Positions 1-14,375 of a stretch of 64,000 nucleotides of DNA are shown one piece after another. This DNA comes from Auanema rhodensis. Taxonomy: Eukaryota > Animalia > Nematoda. The stretch is from assembly GCA_964057225.1 (NCBI GenBank), contig OZ059900.1:23374001-23438000 (forward strand), in the 5' to 3' direction. Under the pieces are notes generated by a model. The model was not told the origin of the DNA, made no database searches, and saw nothing but the letters and a program-made list of their open reading frames with translations. The position numbers were made by a program, and so were the translations under genes. Position 1 is the stretch's first letter; each line of letters opens with the position of its first letter.

Positions 1-158
1 AGCTCAAAATTGTTCGTACAACGTCTAGTTCCACTTTCACGACAAAAAAAACAGGGGTTAGAAAATTAAGGAAATTAGCATATTCTGAGGGCACGCCCCT
101 TATGGCTAATATTGATTAAATCGATTTTTGTTCATATGAGTCGTCAAATGCAACGAAT

Positions 159-201
159 TTCAGCGTGTTACATACTAAAATGAAGCATTTTACATGCTGA
201 A
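159..201. other. Nested inverted repeat (potential hairpin or cruciform) in the consensus monomer; coordinates given for monomer 1
   Basis: The sequence reads TTCAGCGTG-ttacatac-TAAAATG-aag-CATTTTA-CATGCTGAA. It has a perfect 7-bp inner stem with a 3-nt loop and a 9-bp outer stem with one mismatch and an 8-nt bulge. Confidence 0.75.
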
Positions 202-3200
202 CACTAGAAAAATACAAAAACACAGTATTTCCCATGAGAAATATTTTATTATGCTGGAAAACCAGTTTTTGGAAATTTCGCTGTAAACAAGGCTTTGACT
301 TACGATTTCATGTGTTCAAACTCATGCAATGTCAATGAAACCTAGCTCAAAATTGTTCGTACAACGTCTAGTTCCACTTTCACGACAAAAAAAACAGGGG
401 TTAGAAAATTAAGGAAATTAGCATATTCTGAGGGCACGCCCCTTATGGCTAATATTGATTAAATCGATTTTTGTTCATATGAGTCGTCAAATGCAACGAA
501 TTTCAGCGTGTTACATACTAAAATGAAGCATTTTACATGCTGAACACTAGAAAAATACAAAAACACAGTATTTCCCATGAGAAATATTTTATTATGCTGG
601 AAAACCAGTTTTTGGAAATTTCGCTGTAAACAAGGTTTTGACTTACGATTTCATGTGTTCAAACTCATGCAATGTCAATGAAACCTAGCTCAAAATTGTT
701 CGTACAACGTCTAGTTCTACTTTCACGACAAAAAAACAGGGGTTAGAAAATTAAGGAAATTAGCATATTCTGAGGGCACGCCCCTTATGGCTAATATTGA
801 TTAAATCGATTTTTGTTCATATGAGTCGTCAAATGCAACGAATTTCAGCGTGTTACATACTAAAATGAAGCATTTTACATGCTGAACACTAGAAAAATAC
901 AAAAACACAGTATTTCCCACGAGAAATATTTTATTATGCTGGAAAACCAGTTTTTGGAAATTTCGCTGTAAACAAGGTTTTGACTTACGATTTCATGTGT
1001 TCAAACTCATGCAATGTCAATGAAACCTAGCTCAAAATTGTTCGTACATCGTCTAGTTCCACTTTCACGACAAAAAAACAGGGGTTAGAAAATTAAGGAA
1101 ATTAGCATATTCTGAGGGCACGCCCCTTATGGCTAATATTGATTAAATCGATTTTTGTTCATATGAGTCGTCAAATGCAACGAATTTCAGCGTGTTACAT
1201 ACTAAAATGAAGCATTTTACATGCTGAACACTAGAAAAATACAAAAACACAGTATTTCCCACGAGAAATATTTTATTATGCTGGAAAACCAGTTTTTGGA
1301 AATTTCGCTGTAAACAAGGTTTTGACTTACGATTTCATGTGTTCAAACTCATGCAATGTCAATGAAACCTAGCTCAAAATTGTTCGTACAACGTCTAGTT
1401 CCACTTTCACGACAAAAAAACAGGGGTTAGAAAATTAAGGAAATTAGCATATTCTGAGGGCACGCCCCTTATGGCTAATATTGATTAAATCGATTTTTGT
1501 TCATATGAGTCGTCAAATGCAACGAATTTCAGCGTGTTACATACTAAAATGAAGCATTTTACATGCTGAACACTAGAAAAATACAAAAACACAGTATTTC
1601 CCATGAGAAATATTTTATTATGCTGGAAAACCAGTTTTTGGAAATTTCGCTGTAAACAAGGCTTTGACTTACGATTTCATGTGTTCAAACTCATGCAATG
1701 TCAATGAAACCTAGCTCAAAATTGTTCGTACAACGTCTAGTTCCACTTTCACGACAAAAAAAACAGGGGTTAGAAAATTAAGGGAATTAGCATATTCTGA
1801 GGGCACGCCCCTTATGGCTAATATTGATTAAATCGATTTTTGTTCATATGAGTCGTCAAATGCAACGAATTTCAGCGTGTTACATACTAAAATGAAGCAT
1901 TTTACATGCTGAACACCAGAAAAATACAAAAACACAGTATTTCCCATGAGAAATATTTTATTATGCTGGAAAACCAGTTTTTGGAAATTTCGCTGTAAAC
2001 AAGGCTTTGACTTACGATTTCATGTGTTCAAACTCATGCAATGTCAATGAAACCTAGCTCAAAATTGTTCGTACAACGTCTAGTTCCACTTTCACGACAA
2101 AAAAAACAGGGGTTAGAAAATTAAGGAAATTAGCATATTCTGAGGGCACGCCCCTTATGGCTAATATTGATTAAATCGATTTTTGTTCATATGAGTCGTC
2201 AAATGCAACGAATTTCAGCGTGTTACATACTAAAATGAAGCATTTTACATGCTGAACACTAGAAAAATACAAAAACACAGTATTTCCCATGAGAAATATT
2301 TTATTATGCTGGAAAACCAGTTTTTGGAAATTTCGCTGTAAACAAGGTTTTGACTTACGATTTCATGTGTTCAAACTCATGCAATGTCAATGAAACCTAG
2401 CTCAAAACTGTTCGTACAACGTCTAGTTCCACTTTCACGACAAAAAAACAGGGGTTAGAAAATTAAGGAAATTAGCATATTCTGAGGGCACGCCCCTTAT
2501 GGCTAATATTGATTAAATCGATTTTTGTTCATATGAGTCGTCAAATGCAACGAATTTCAGCGTGTTACATACTAAAATGAAGCATTTTACATGCTGAACA
2601 CTAGAAAAATACAAAAACACAGTATTTCCCATGAGAAATATTTTATTATGCTGGAAAACCAGTTTTTGGAAATTTCGCTGTAAACAAGGTTTTGACTTAC
2701 GATTTCATGTGTTCAAACTCATGCAATGTCAATGAAACCTAGCTCAAAATTGTTCGTACAACGTCTAGTTCCACTTTCACGACAAAAAAACAGGGGTTAG
2801 AAAATTAAGGAAATTAGCATATTCTGAGGGCACGCCCCTTATGGCTAATATTGATTAAATCGATTTTTGTTCATATGAGTCGTCAAATGCAACGAATTTC
2901 AGCGTGTTACATACTAAAATGAAGCATTTTACATGCTGAACACTAGAAAAATACAAAAACACAGTATTTCCCACGAGAAATATTTTATTATGCTGGAAAA
3001 CCAGTTTTTGGAAATTTCGCTGTAAACAAGGTTTTGACTTACGATTTCATGTGTTCAAACTCATGCAATGTCAATGAAACCTAGCTCAAAATTGTTCGTA
3101 CATCGTCTAGTTCCACTTTCACGACAAAAAAACAGGGGTTAGAAAATTAAGGAAATTAGCATATTCTGAGGGCACGCCCCTTATGGCTAATATTGATTAA

Positions 3201-3424
3201 ATCGATTTTTGTTCATATGAGTCGTCAAATGCAACGAATTTCAGCGTGTTACATACTAAAATGAAGCATTTTACATGCTGAACACCAGAAAAATACAAAA
3301 ACACAGTATTTCCCATGAGAAATATTTTATTATGCTGGAAAACCAGTTTTTGGAAATTTCGCTGTAAACAAGGCTTTGACTTACGATTTCATGTGTTCAA
3401 ACTCATGCAATGTCAATGAAACCT

Positions 3425-6400
3425 AGCTCAAAATTGTTCGTACAACGTCTAGTTCCACTTTCACGACAAAAAAAACAGGGGTTAGAAAATTAAGGAAATT
3501 AGCATATTCTGAGGGCACGCCCCTTATGGCTAATATTGATTAAATCGATTTTTGTTCATATGAGTCGTCAAATGCAACGAATTTCAGCGTGTTACATACT
3601 AAAATGAAGCATTTTACATGCTGAACACTAGAAAAATACAAAAACACAGTATTTCCCATGAGAAATATTTTATTATGCTGGAAAACCAGTTTTTGGAAAT
3701 TTCGCTGTAAACAAGGTTTTGACTTACGATTTCATGTGTTCAAACTCATGCAATGTCAATGAAACCTAGCTCAAAACTGTTCGTACAACGTCTAGTTCCA
3801 CTTTCACGACAAAAAAACAGGGGTTAGAAAATTAAGGAAATTAGCATATTCTGAGGGCACGCCCCTTATGGCTAATATTGATTAAATCGATTTTTGTTCA
3901 TATGAGTCGTCAAATGCAACGAATTTCAGCGTGTTACATACTAAAATGAAGCATTTTACATGCTGAACACTAGAAAAATACAAAAACACAGTATTTCCCA
4001 TGAGAAATATTTTATTATGCTGGAAAACCAGTTTTTGGAAATTTCGCTGTAAACAAGGTTTTGACTTACGATTTCATGTGTTCAAACTCATGCAATGTCA
4101 ATGAAACCTAGCTCAAAATTGTTCGTACAACGTCTAGTTCCACTTTCACGACAAAAAAACAGGGGTTAGAAAATTAAGGAAATTAGCATATTCTGAGGGC
4201 ACGCCCCTTATGGCTAATATTGATTAAATCGATTTTTGTTCATATGAGTCGTCAAATGCAACGAATTTCAGCGTGTTACATACTAAAATGAAGCATTTTA
4301 CATGCTGAACACTAGAAAAATACAAAAACACAGTATTTCCCACGAGAAATATTTTATTATGCTGGAAAACCAGTTTTTGGAAATTTCGCTGTAAACAAGG
4401 TTTTGACTTACGATTTCATGTGTTCAAACTCATGCAATGTCAATGAAACCTAGCTCAAAATTGTTCGTACAACGTCTAGTTCCACTTTCACGACAAAAAA
4501 ACAGGGGTTAGAAAATTAAGGAAATTAGCATATTCTGAGGGCACGCCCCTTATCGCTAATATTGATTAAATCGATTTTTGTTCATATGAGTCGTCAAATG
4601 CAACGAATTTCAGCGTGTTACATACTAAAATGAAGCATTTTACATGCTGAACACTAGAAAAATACAAAAACACAGTATTTCCCACGAGAAATATTTTATT
4701 ATGCTGGAAAACCAGTTTTTGGAAATTTCGCTGTAAACAAGGTTTTGACTTACGATTTCATGTGTTCAAACTCATGCAATGTCAATGAAACCTAGCTCAA
4801 AATTGTTCGTACAACGTCTAGTTCCACTTTCACGACAAAAAAACAGGGGTTAGAAAATTAAGGAAATTAGCATATTCTGAGGGCACGCCCCTTATGGCTA
4901 ATATTGATTAAATCGATTTTTGTTCATATGAGTCGTCAAATGCAACGAATTTCAGCGTGTTACATACTAAAATGAAGCATTTTACATGCTGAACACTAGA
5001 AAAATACAAAAACACAGTATTTCCCACGAGAAATATTTTATTATGCTGGAAAACCAGTTTTTGGAAATTTCGCTGTAAACAAGGTTTTGACTTACGATTT
5101 CATGTGTTCAAACTCATGCAATGTCAATGAAACCTAGCTCAAAATTGTTCGTACAACGTCTAGTTCCACTTTCACGACAAAAAAACAGGGGTTAGAAAAT
5201 TAAGGAAATTAGCATATTCTGAGGGCACGCCCCTTATGGCTAATATTGATTAAATCGATTTTTGTTCATATGAGTCGTCAAATGCAACGAATTTCAGCGT
5301 GTTACATACTAAAATGAAGCATTTTACATGCTGAACACCAGAAAAATACAAAAACACAGTATTTCCCATGAGAAATATTTTATTATGCTGGAAAACCAGT
5401 TTTTGGAAATTTCGCTGTAAACAAGGCTTTGACTTACGATTTCATGTGTTCAAACTCATGCAATGTCAATGAAACCTAGCTCAAAATTGTTCGTACAACG
5501 TCTAGTTCCACTTTCACGACAAAAAAAACAGGGGTTAGAAAATTAAGGAAATTAGCATATTCTGAGGGCACGCCCCTTATGGCTAATATTGATTAAATCG
5601 ATTTTTGTTCATATGAGTCGTCAAATGCAACGAATTTCAGCGTGTTACATACTAAAATGAAGCATTTTACATGCTGAACACCAGAAAAATACAAAAACAC
5701 AGTATTTCCCATGAGAAATATTTTATTATGCTGGAAAACCAGTTTTTGGAAATTTCGCTGTAAACAAGGCTTTGACTTACGATTTCATGTGTTCAAACTC
5801 ATGCAATGTCAATGAAACCTAGCTCAAAATTGTTCGTACAACGTCTAGTTCCACTTTCACGACAAAAAAAACAGGGGTTAGAAAATTAAGGAAATTAGCA
5901 TATTCTGAGGGCACGCCCCTTATGGCTAATATTGATTAAATCGATTTTTGTTCATATGAGTCGTCAAATGCAACGAATTTCAGCGTGTTACATACTAAAA
6001 TGAAGCATTTTACATGCTGAACACTAGAAAAATACAAAAACACAGTATTTCCCATGAGAAATATTTTATTATGCTGGAAAACCAGTTTTTGGAAATTTCG
6101 CTGTAAACAAGGTTTTGACTTACGATTTCATGTGTTCAAACTCATGCAATGTCAATGAAACCTAGCTCAAAACTGTTCGTACAACGTCTAGTTCCACTTT
6201 CACGACAAAAAAACAGGGGTTAGAAAATTAAGGAAATTAGCATATTCTGAGGGCACGCCCCTTATGGCTAATATTGATTAAATCGATTTTTGTTCATATG
6301 AGTCGTCAAATGCAACGAATTTCAGCGTGTTACATACTAAAATGAAGCATTTTACATGCTGAACACTAGAAAAATACAAAAACACAGTATTTCCCATGAG

Positions 6401-9400
6401 AAATATTTTATTATGCTGGAAAACCAGTTTTTGGAAATTTCGCTGTAAACAAGGTTTTGACTTACGATTTCATGTGTTCAAACTCATGCAATGTCAATGA
6501 AACCTAGCTCAAAATTGTTCGTACAACGTCTAGTTCCACTTTCACGACAAAAAAACAGGGGTTAGAAAATTAAGGAAATTAGCATATTCTGAGGGCACGC
6601 CCCTTATGGCTAATATTGATTAAATCGATTTTTGTTCATATGAGTCGTCAAATGCAACGAATTTCAGCGTGTTACATACTAAAATGAAGCATTTTACATG
6701 CTGAACACTAGAAAAATACAAAAACACAGTATTTCCCACGAGAAATATTTTATTATGCTGGAAAACCAGTTTTTGGAAATTTCGCTGTAAACAAGGTTTT
6801 GACTTACGATTTCATGTGTTCAAACTCATGCAATGTCAATGAAACCTAGCTCAAAATTGTTCGTACAACGTCTAGTTCCACTTTCACGACAAAAAAACAG
6901 GGGTTAGAAAATTAAGGAAATTAGCATATTCTGAGGGCACGCCCCTTATCGCTAATATTGATTAAATCGATTTTTGTTCATATGAGTCGTCAAATGCAAC
7001 GAATTTCAGCGTGTTACATACTAAAATGAAGCATTTTACATGCTGAACACTAGAAAAATACAAAAACACAGTATTTCCCACGAGAAATATTTTATTATGC
7101 TGGAAAACCAGTTTTTGGAAATTTCGCTGTAAACAAGGTTTTGACTTACGATTTCATGTGTTCAAACTCATGCAATGTCAATGAAACCTAGCTCAAAATT
7201 GTTCGTACAACGTCTAGTTCCACTTTCACGACAAAAAAACAGGGGTTAGAAAATTAAGGAAATTAGCATATTCTGAGGGCACGCCCCTTATGGCTAATAT
7301 TGATTAAATCGATTTTTGTTCATATGAGTCGTCAAATGCAACGAATTTCAGCGTGTTACATACTAAAATGAAGCATTTTACATGCTGAACACCAGAAAAA
7401 TACAAAAACACAGTATTTCCCATGAGAAATATTTTATTATGCTGGAAAACCAGTTTTTGGAAATTTCGCTGTAAACAAGGTTTTGACTTACGATTTCATG
7501 TGTTCAAACTCATGCAATGTCAATGAAACCTAGCTCAAAATTGTTCGTACAACGTCTAGTTCCACTTTCACGACAAAAAAAACAGGGGTTAGAAAATTAA
7601 GGAAATTAGCATATTCTGAGGGCACGCCCCTTATGGCTAATATTGATTAAATCGATTTTTGTTCATATGAGTCGTCAAATGCAACGAATTTCAGCGTGTT
7701 ACATACTAAAATGAAGCATTTTACATGCTGAACACCAGAAAAATACAAAAACACAGTATTTCCCATGAGAAATATTTTATTATGCTGGAAAACCAGTTTT
7801 TGGAAATTTCGCTGTAAACAAGGCTTTGACTTACGATTTCATGTGTTCAAACTCATGCAATGTCAATGAAACCTAGCTCAAAATTGTTCGTACAACGTCT
7901 AGTTCCACTTTCACGACAAAAAAAACAGGGGTTAGAAAATTAAGGAAATTAGCATATTCTGAGGGCACGCCCCTTATGGCTAATATTGATTAAATCGATT
8001 TTTGTTCATATGAGTCGTCAAATGCAACGAATTTCAGCGTGTTACATACTAAAATGAAGCATTTTACATGCTGAACACTAGAAAAATACAAAAACACAGT
8101 ATTTCCCATGAGAAATATTTTATTATGCTGGAAAACCAGTTTTTGGAAATTTCGCTGTAAACAAGGTTTTGACTTACGATTTCATGTGTTCAAACTCATG
8201 CAATGTCAATGAAACCTAGCTCAAAACTGTTCGTACAACGTCTAGTTCCACTTTCACGACAAAAAAACAGGGGTTAGAAAATTAAGGAAATTAGCATATT
8301 CTGAGGGCACGCCCCTTATGGCTAATATTGATTAAATCGATTTTTGTTCATATGAGTCGTCAAATGCAACGAATTTCAGCGTGTTACATACTAAAATGAA
8401 GCATTTTACATGCTGAACACTAGAAAAATACAAAAACACAGTATTTCCCATGAGAAATATTTTATTATGCTGGAAAACCAGTTTTTGGAAATTTCGCTGT
8501 AAACAAGGTTTTGACTTACGATTTCATGTGTTCAAACTCATGCAATGTCAATGAAACCTAGCTCAAAATTGTTCGTACAACGTCTAGTTCCACTTTCACG
8601 ACAAAAAAACAGGGGTTAGAAAATTAAGGAAATTAGCATATTCTGAGGGCACGCCCCTTATGGCTAATATTGATTAAATCGATTTTTGTTCATATGAGTC
8701 GTCAAATGCAACGAATTTCAGCGTGTTACATACTAAAATGAAGCATTTTACATGCTGAACACTAGAAAAATACAAAAACACAGTATTTCCCACGAGAAAT
8801 ATTTTATTATGCTGGAAAACCAGTTTTTGGAAATTTCGCTGTAAACAAGGTTTTGACTTACGATTTCATGTGTTCAAACTCATGCAATGTCAATGAAACC
8901 TAGCTCAAAATTGTTCGTACAACGTCTAGTTCCACTTTCACGACAAAAAAACAGGGGTTAGAAAATTAAGGAAATTAGCATATTCTGAGGGCACGCCCCT
9001 TATCGCTAATATTGATTAAATCGATTTTTGTTCATATGAGTCGTCAAATGCAACGAATTTCAGCGTGTTACATACTAAAATGAAGCATTTTACATGCTGA
9101 ACACTAGAAAAATACAAAAACACAGTATTTCCCACGAGAAATATTTTATTATGCTGGAAAACCAGTTTTTGGAAATTTCGCTGTAAACAAGGTTTTGACT
9201 TACGATTTCATGTGTTCAAACTCATGCAATGTCAATGAAACCTAGCTCAAAATTGTTCGTACAACGTCTAGTTCCACTTTCACGACAAAAAAACAGGGGT
9301 TAGAAAATTAAGGAAATTAGCATATTCTGAGGGCACGCCCCTTATGGCTAATATTGATTAAATCGATTTTTGTTCATATGAGTCGTCAAATGCAACGAAT

Positions 9401-9585
9401 TTCAGCGTGTTACATACTAAAATGAAGCATTTTACATGCTGAACACCAGAAAAATACAAAAACACAGTATTTCCCATGAGAAATATTTTATTATGCTGGA
9501 AAACCAGTTTTTGGAAATTTCGCTGTAAACAAGGTTTTGACTTACGATTTCATGTGTTCAAACTCTTGCAATGTCAATGAAACCT
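3425..9585 (+). repeat. Imperfect 6-7-mer higher-order repeat, about 3 copies
   Basis: The marker TTATCGCT (G>C) is at 4554, 6950 and 9004 (spacings 2396 and 2054). Each occurrence is preceded by the same monomer order: A8, AAAACTG, CCCACG. Confidence 0.85.
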
Positions 9586-10269
9586 AGCTCAAAATTGTTC
9601 GTACAACGTCTAGTTCCACTTTCACGACAAAAAAACAGGGGTTAGAAAATTAAGGAAATTAGCATATTCTGAGGGCACGCCCCTTATGGCTAATATTGAT
9701 TAAATCGATTTTTGTTCATATGAGTCGTCAAATGCAACGAATTTCAGCGTGTTACATACTAAAATGAAGCATTTTACATGCTGAACACTAGAAAAATACA
9801 AAAACACTGTATTTCCCATGAGAAATATTTTATTATGCTGGAAAACCAGTTTTTGGAAATTTCGCTGTAAACAAGGTTTTGACTTACGATTTCATGTGTT
9901 CAAACTCATGCAATGTCAATGAAACCTAGCTCAAAATTGTTCGTACAACGTCTAGTTCCACTTTCACGACAAAAAAACAGGGGTTAGAAAATTAAGGAAA
10001 TTAGCATATTCTGAGGGCACGCCCCTTATGGCTAATATTGATTAAATCGATTTTTGTTCATATGAGTCGTCAAATGCAACGAATTTCAGCGTGTTACATA
10101 CTAAAATGAAGCATTTTACATGCTGAACACCAGAAAAATACAAAAACACAGTATTTCCCATGAGAAATATTTTATTATGCTGGAAAACCAGTTTTTGGAA
10201 ATTTCGCTGTAAACAAGGCTTTGACTTACGATTTCATGTGTTCAAACTCATGCAATGTCAATGAAACCT

Positions 10270-13200
10270 AGCTCAAAATTGTTCGTACAACGTCTAGTTC
10301 CACTTTCACGACAAAAAAAACAGGGGTTAGAAAATTAAGGAAATTAGCATATTCTGAGGGCACGCCCCTTATGGCTAATATTGATTAAATCGATTTTTGT
10401 TCATATGAGTCGTCAAATGCAACGAATTTCAGCGTGTTACATACTAAAATGAAGCATTTTACATGCTGAACACTAGAAAAATACAAAAACACAGTATTTC
10501 CCATGAGAAATATTTTATTATGCTGGAAAACCAGTTTTTGGAAATTTCGCTGTAAACAAGGTTTTGACTTACGATTTCATGTGTTCAAACTCATGCAATG
10601 TCAATGAAACCTAGCTCAAAACTGTTCGTACAACGTCTAGTTCCACTTTCACGACAAAAAAACAGGGGTTAGAAAATTAAGGAAATTAGCATATTCTGAG
10701 GGCACGCCCCTTATGGCTAATATTGATTAAATCGATTTTTGTTCATATGAGTCGTCAAATGCAACGAATTTCAGCGTGTTACATACTTAAATGAAGCATT
10801 TTACATGCTGAACACTAGAAAAATACAAAAACACTGTATTTCCCATGAGAAATATTTTATTATGCTGGAAAACCAGTTTTTGGAAATTTCGCTGTAAACA
10901 AGGTTTTGACTTACGATTTCATGTGTTCAAACTCATGCAATGTCAATGAAACCTAGCTCAAAATTGTTCGTACAACGTCTAGTTCCACTTTCACGACAAA
11001 AAAACAGGGGTTAGAAAATAAAGGAAATTAGCATATTCTGAGGGCACGCCCCTTATGGCTAATATTGATTAAATCGATTTTTGTTCATATGAGTCGTCAA
11101 ATGCAACGAATTTCAGCGTGTTACATACTAAAATGAAGCATTTTACATGCTGAACACTAGAAAAATACAAAAACACAGTATTTCCCATGAGAAATATTTT
11201 ATTATGCTGGAAAACCAGTTTTTGGAAATTTCGCTGTAAACAAGGTTTTGACTTACGATTTCATGTGTTCAAACTCATGCAATGTCAATGAAACCTAGCT
11301 CAAAATTGTTCGTACAACGTCTAGTTCCACTTTCACGACAAAAAAACAGGGGTTAGAAAATTAAGGAAATTAGCATATTCAGAGGGCACGCCCCTTATGG
11401 CTAATATTGATTAAATCGATTTTTGTTCATATGAGTCGTCAAATGCAACGAATTTCAGCGTGTTACATACTAAAATGAAGCAATTCACATGCTGAACACC
11501 AGAAAAATACAAAAACACAGTATTTCCCATGAGAAATATTTTATTATGCTGGAAAACCAGTTTTTGGAAATTTCGCTGTAAACAAGGCTTTGACTTACGA
11601 TTTCATGTGTTCAAACTCATGCAATGTCAATGAAACCTAGCTCAAAATTGTTCGTACAACGTCTAGTTCCACTTTCACGACAAAAAAAACAGGGGTTAGA
11701 AAATTAAGGAAATTAGCATATTCTGAGGGCACGCCCCTTATGGCTAATATTGATTAAATCGATTTTTGTTCATATGAGTCGTCAAATGCAACGAATTTCA
11801 GCGTGTTACATACTAAAATGAAGCATTTTACATGCTGAACACTAGAAAAATACAAAAACACAGTATTTCCCATGAGAAATATTTTATTATGCTGGAAAAC
11901 CAGTTTTTGGAAATTTCGCTGTAAACAAGGTTTTGACTTACGATTTCATGTGTTCAAACTCATGCAATGTCAATGAAACCTAGCTCAAAACTGTTCGTAC
12001 AACGTCTAGTTCCACTTTCACGACAAAAAAACAGGGGTTAGAAAATTAAGGAAATTAGCATATTCTGAGGGCACGCCCCTTATGGCTAATATTGATTAAA
12101 TCGATTTTTGTTCATATGAGTCGTCAAATGCAACGAATTTCAGCGTGTTACATACTTAAATGAAGCATTTTACATGCTGAACACTAGAAAAATACAAAAA
12201 CACTGTATTTCCCATGAGAAATATTTTATTATGCTGGAAAACCAGTTTTTGGAAATTTCGCTGTAAACAAGGTTTTGACTTACGATTTCATGTGTTCAAA
12301 CTCATGCAATGTCAATGAAACCTAGCTCAAAATTGTTCGTACAACGTCTAGTTCCACTTTCACGACAAAAAAACAGGGGTTAGAAAATAAAGGAAATTAG
12401 CATATTCTGAGGGCACGCCCCTTATGGCTAATATTGATTAAATCGATTTTTGTTCATATGAGTCGTCAAATGCAACGAATTTCAGCGTGTTACATACTAA
12501 AATGAAGCATTTTACATGCTGAACACTAGAAAAATACAAAAACACAGTATTTCCCATGAGAAATATTTTATTATGCTGGAAAACCAGTTTTTGGAAATTT
12601 CGCTGTAAACAAGGTTTTGACTTACGATTTCATGTGTTCAAACTCATGCAATGTCAATGAAACCTAGCTCAAAATTGTTCGTACAACGTCTAGTTCCACT
12701 TTCACGACAAAAAAACAGGGGTTAGAAAATTAAGGAAATTAGCATATTCAGAGGGCACGCCCCTTATGGCTAATATTGATTAAATCGATTTTTGTTCATA
12801 TGAGTCGTCAAATGCAACGAATTTCAGCGTGTTACATACTAAAATGAAGCATTTTACATGCTGAACACCAGAAAAATACAAAAACACAGTATTTCCCATG
12901 AGAAATATTTTATTATGCTGGAAAACCAGTTTTTGGAAATTTCGCTGTAAACAAGGCTTTGACTTACGATTTCATGTGTTCAAACTCATGCAATGTCAAT
13001 GAAACCTAGCTCAAAACTGTTCGTACAACGTCTAGTTCCACTTTCACGACAAAAAAACAGGGGTTAGAAAATTAAGGAAATTAGCATATTCAGAGGGCAC
13101 GCCCCTTATGGCTAATATTGATTAAATCGATTTTTGTTCATATGAGTAGTCAAATGCAACGAATTTCAGCGTGTTACATACTAAAATGAAGCATTTTACA

Positions 13201-14375
13201 TGCTGAACACTAGAAAAATACAAAAACACAGTATTTCCCATGAGAAATATTTTATTATGCTGGAAAACCAGTTTTTGGAAATTTCGCTGTAAACAAGGTT
13301 TTGACTTACGATTTCATGTGTTCAAACTCATGCAATGTCAATGAAACCTAGCTCAAAACTGTTCGTACAACGTCTAGTTCCACTTTCACGACAAAAAAAC
13401 AGGGGTTAGAAAATTAAGGAAATTAGCATATTCTGAGGGCACGCCCCTTATGGCTAATATTGATTAAATCGATTTTTGTTCATATGAGTCGTCAAATGCA
13501 ACGAATTTCAGCGTGTTACATACTTAAATGAAGCATTTTACATGCTGAACACTAGAAAAATACAAAAACACTGTATTTCCCATGAGAAATATTTTATTAT
13601 GCTGGAAAACCAGTTTTTGGAAATTTCGCTGTAAACAAGGTTTTGACTTACGATTTCATGTGTTCAAACTCATGCAATGTCAATGAAACCTAGCTCAAAA
13701 TTGTTCGTACAACGTCTAGTTCCACTTTCACGACAAAAAAACAGGGGTTAGAAAATAAAGGAAATTAGCATATTCTGAGGGCACGCCCCTTATGGCTAAT
13801 ATTGATTAAATCGATTTTTGTTCATATGAGTCGTCAAATGCAACGAATTTCAGCGTGTTACATACTAAAATGAAGCATTTTACATGCTGAACACTAGAAA
13901 AATACAAAAACACAGTATTTCCCATGAGAAATATTTTATTATGCTGGAAAACCAGTTTTTGGAAATTTCGCTGTAAACAAGGTTTTGACTTACGATTTCA
14001 TGTGTTCAAACTCATGCAATGTCAATGAAACCTAGCTCAAAATTGTTCGTACAACGTCTAGTTCCACTTTCACGACAAAAAAACAGGGGTTAGAAAATTA
14101 AGGAAATTAGCATATTCAGAGGGCACGCCCCTTATGGCTAATATTGATTAAATCGATTTTTGTTCATATGAGTCGTCAAATGCAACGAATTTCAGCGTGT
14201 TACATACTAAAATGAAGCATTTTACATGCTGAACACTAGAAAAATACAAAAACACAGTATTTCCCACGAGAAATATTTTATTATGCTGGAAAACCAGTTT
14301 TTGGAAATTTCGCTGTAAACAAGGTTTTGACTTACGATTTCATGTGTTCAAACTCATGCAATGTCAATGAAACCT
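10270..14375 (+). repeat. 4-mer higher-order repeat, 3 copies
   Basis: The marker AAAATAAAGG is at 11020, 12389 and 13757 (spacings 1369 and 1368). ATACTTAAA, ACACTGT and TTCAGAGG recur with the same period. Confidence 0.9.

Noticed and set aside
53-100. G-quadruplex in the monomer or at the junction
   Set aside because: There are only two G-runs of three or more on a strand within range; four are needed for an intramolecular G-quadruplex.
1-343. 5S rDNA, tRNA, snRNA or spliced-leader tandem gene unit
   Set aside because: I could not recognise any conserved RNA-gene sequence, Pol III A/B/C boxes or cloverleaf. An Rfam/Infernal search would be the definitive test.
1-343. Assignment to a named satellite family or species (e.g. 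~340-360-bp beetle satellites)
   Set aside because: Only length and AT content are similar. I do not recognise the sequence itself and cannot run a search.
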